Positions 51,301 through 54,254 of a DNA stretch of 54,254 nucleotides are shown piece by piece. The notes under the pieces are model-generated. The model was not told the origin of the DNA. It saw only the letters and a list, made by a program, of their open reading frames with translations, and did not search any database. Made by a program: the position numbers and the translations under genes. Numbering within the stretch: position 1 is the stretch's first letter; each line of letters begins with the position of its first letter. The stretch lies in the NCBI RefSeq assembly GCF_001194135.2, contig NC_068981.1:93290799-93345052 (forward strand), given 5' to 3'. The DNA comes from Octopus bimaculoides. Lineage: Eukaryota.

Positions 51301-52267
51301 GGAGGCGGCTTCGGTCGATTAAACTGACATCAGTACACTGACGGTGCATTTTGTTTTACCGGACAGTGAAAGGGAAAACTAAAATAGATCTCTGTAAGAT
51401 CTGAACACAGGACAAATATCACAAGGAATATTAAAAGTAAGATAAAGGTTTTGTTAACCATTGTAAGGTAAAAAGCAGAGCCAATATGGTTGCTAACCTG
51501 AATTCAAATAGGTCAATATTGACCTCTATGGAAAAACTATCTTGTTCTATATTTTAGACACCATTGTCCTTCCTAAGTCTTCAGAAATAATGCATAAATT
51601 ATCTCGAGATATACTTTGTATAAGCATTTTGTAGTATTTCGTTGGGAACAGTAATATAGGTTTTTCTATATTACACTGTCAGGCATCTGACGCAGAAACG
51701 AAAAGTAATTTGGCCTACACTGCCTCTATAGCGCAATGCATGCAACGAACATAAAAGAACAATGTTGAGTCCATTTAACTGGAAAACCAGCATAATAGGT
51801 TTTGACATCTATTTGCTGTAGTCTAACGTTATTTTACCACTCCTGCTGAAAGACAGCAGTAATTTTCATTTTTTCGATTACATCGGGGTTTTTTTTTAAA
51901 TCTTATTTTCACGCATGTCATAGTTCCGTGCAACTTTAAAATGTTGCATCTGTCAACTATTGTTTTAGTCGATATCTCCAATCAATAGATACTCTGACTA
52001 TTTTCTGATTACTCCCTATCTGTATGTTGCTGGTATTGTTTTCTTCACGTTCTCTTCACTTTGATTTCTGCTCGCAAAAATGCCAAATCGACAATTGGCT
52101 ACAAAATTGAAGTTCGCCATTTTCTATCATATTCGTAATTTGGTTTAACATATCACAGTATTATTTATATCTGCTTCGGATAAACCTTTCCACTTTCAAT
52201 TTCTACATCATACTCTATATCACAAAAGTAGTTGCTGACAATATGAGTGTACTGTTACTATATGCAT

Positions 52268-52596
52268 TGTATGTATGTGGTTGTGTGGTAAGAAGCTTGC
52301 TTCCCTACCACATGGTTCCGGGTGCATTTCCACTGCGTGGCATTTTGGGCAAATGTCCTTTACTATAGCCTCTTTGTGCCTGTGTTTGTCCTCAACCACC
52401 GCTTGATAACTGGTGTTGATGTGTCCACGTCACCTAAACTTAGCGGTACGGCAAAAGAGGCCGTCAGAATAAGTACTTCGCTTAAAAACAAAATATCCTG
52501 GGGTCGATTTGGTCGACTAAAATCCTTCAAGGCGGTGACCGACCATGGCCACAGTCAAATGACTGAAACAAGTGAAAGAATAAAAGAATATATATA
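52268..52596 (+). mobile_element. SINE family 3 copy with internal deletion
   Basis: Head gtggttgtgtggtaagaagcttgcttccc, joined at ctatagcctc|tttgtgcctg to the 3' half. Tail gactgaaacaagtgaaagaataaaagaata. Confidence 0.85.
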
Positions 52597-52598
52597 TA

Positions 52599-53844
52599 CA
52601 CAGACATGCAGGAAGGAAAGAGACCCCTTTCATTTTCAAAATCTTTTTATTTAATACGCAAAACGAACAATTGAAATGTAATCGATAGGTAGGACTACAT
52701 ACTTTAGTATTTAGTTGACATTCCCTTTGCAGTTTTTAATTCAGAAACTTTTTTTGGCATTGAACTGATGAGTTTTGTGATTGTCTCTTGTGGAATTTCT
52801 GCCCACTTTTCACGCAACAATCGAAACAATTCATCTTTAGATTTAGGTTTCTGTCGAGTTTTTCGTATAGCTCTATCTAGTATGCTCCTAAGATTTTCAA
52901 TTGGGTTCATGTCAGGAGATTGGCTCGGCTAAGGAAGCTTTTTCATCCCATTTTCAGTCAGTCATTGTTGATTCCTTTTCGCTGTGTGGCATGGAGCCCC
53001 ATCTTTCATGGATAAAAACTCCGATGAATACATCGGAAGTAGTCCTTGCTTAAGTATTTCGATGTATTTTTCAGAGTTTATGGTTCCAACACATTCGATC
53101 AGCTCAGAACGAATATTGCTGGTGACAGCTCCCCATACCATTACAGAGATACCGCCATGTTTCACAGCTGATTTGAGTCGTTTCAAATCAAATTCTTGAT
53201 TGGGAAGCCTCCAGACCCAAACACGTCCAATGTCTGAAAATAAAGCAAATCTTGATTCATCTGAGAAAATCACTCTATCCCAAAATGAACTGGACTTTTC
53301 TGACATCTTATTAGCCCATTTCTTTCTTTTCATATTAATTGGTTGAAGGAGACGTTTTCTTCTAGCTGCTCGTCCATAATACCCGAGCTTATGTAGATAT
53401 GTAACACACGTTCTTGGACTAACTTCTAGCTGTTTTGCAATGTCAGATGCCTTCGAACGGGGTTCATTTTCCACAATTCTCTTCAAACAGCGAAGCTTCC
53501 TTTCCGGGGGCCCAAGTCGGCCGGGACGAGAATCTGTTGATTCTTTTCCTTAGCTTTTGAATTGTACTATAATTCTATTAATAGTAGCAAGAGGAATTTG
53601 AAGATTTTCGGCAACTTTTCGCTGGCTAAGATTGACCAACAATATGACCTCTTTGAAAATCTGACAGTTCTGCTGAATTTTTTGCGCGTGGCATGATTAC
53701 TCTTCGCAAATGTTTAACATAATGGCACCTGGAATGAAAAAGAATAATTACATTGTAAATTCCACACTGCTGAAAACATATTAAGACGCTTAGATCAGAA
53801 ATTTTGAAAATTAAAGGTGTCTATTTACTTCCTGATTGTCTGTG
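52599..53844 (-). mobile_element. Tc1 (DD34E) transposon, near full length, inactivated
   Basis: TA-flanked TIRs CACAGACATGCAGGAAGGAAAGAGACCCCTTT and CACAGACAATCAGGAAGTAAATAGACACCTTT. Transposase runs from 53694 (MPRAKNSAELSDFQRGHIVG) to 52704, with FSDES, DGAPCH and SPDMNPIE; 34 residues between the second D and E. Confidence 0.95.
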
Positions 53845-53895
53845 TACATACATATGTATGTATGTATGAATGTATGTATGTATGTATGTATGTAT

Positions 53896-54254
53896 ACACG
53901 GTAAATAGGGAAGCACTGCGGATTGTTTTGCGTAAACTTGGTTTTACAATACATTTTGTGAGCATTTTTTAAGGAACTACACAGAAACTTGAAAGCTCAA
54001 GTAGTCCTTAATGGTGAGCAGTCTCGTGAATTTTCGGTAGACAACGGTGTCAAAGAGGGAGATATTCCTGCCCCTGCATTTTTCTCTATTAATTTTGCTG
54101 CATTACTTTGGTATGCTTTCCAGGATTGCAACAGGGGAATCGGAAGCAGATTTCGGATAACTGGTCATATTTTTTTAATTTGACCCGTTTTAACTGCATA
54201 GCAAAAACTTTCAAAATACGTGTTAGAGAATTACTTCATGCAGATGATGCTGAT
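53896..54254 (+). mobile_element. RTE-clade LINE reverse transcriptase fragment (continues beyond the window)
   Basis: TVNREALRIVLRKLG, VDNGVKEGDIPAPAFFSINFAALLWYAF, RFRITGHIF, then a degenerate ELL.ADD region (agagaattacttcatgcagatgatgct). Confidence 0.85.

Overview
AT-rich, microsatellite-dense eukaryotic DNA from a fragmented short-read scaffold with 14 N-gaps, most flanked by (TA)n, (AG)n, (CA)n or (ATT)n. The SINE/LINE/Tc1 repeat landscape resembles an octopus (cephalopod) genome; this is inferred from repeat-family appearance, not a database search. No long intact ORF is present, and almost all ORF-track entries are microsatellite or gap artefacts. The window is mostly transposon remnants: four decayed Tc1/mariner elements, R4/Dong-like restriction-like-endonuclease LINE pieces in (TAA)n arrays, L1/Tx1-like and RTE-like pieces, at least three SINE types, and several Penelope-like element (PLE) termini. 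The strongest signal is a set of four unrelated repeat families with minimal hammerhead-ribozyme-like folds. One is near-canonical (48011-48058, beside a PLE RT fragment), one lies in a spacer-less 236-bp palindrome, and two have recurrent core variants (an apparent compensatory U3:A8 pair; U6 plus an extra A). Several small exon candidates suggest a host gene with long introns, but I cannot identify its product. One contig (12370-15254) appears to be scaffolded in the wrong orientation. No CRISPR array, rRNA or tRNA gene is supported.
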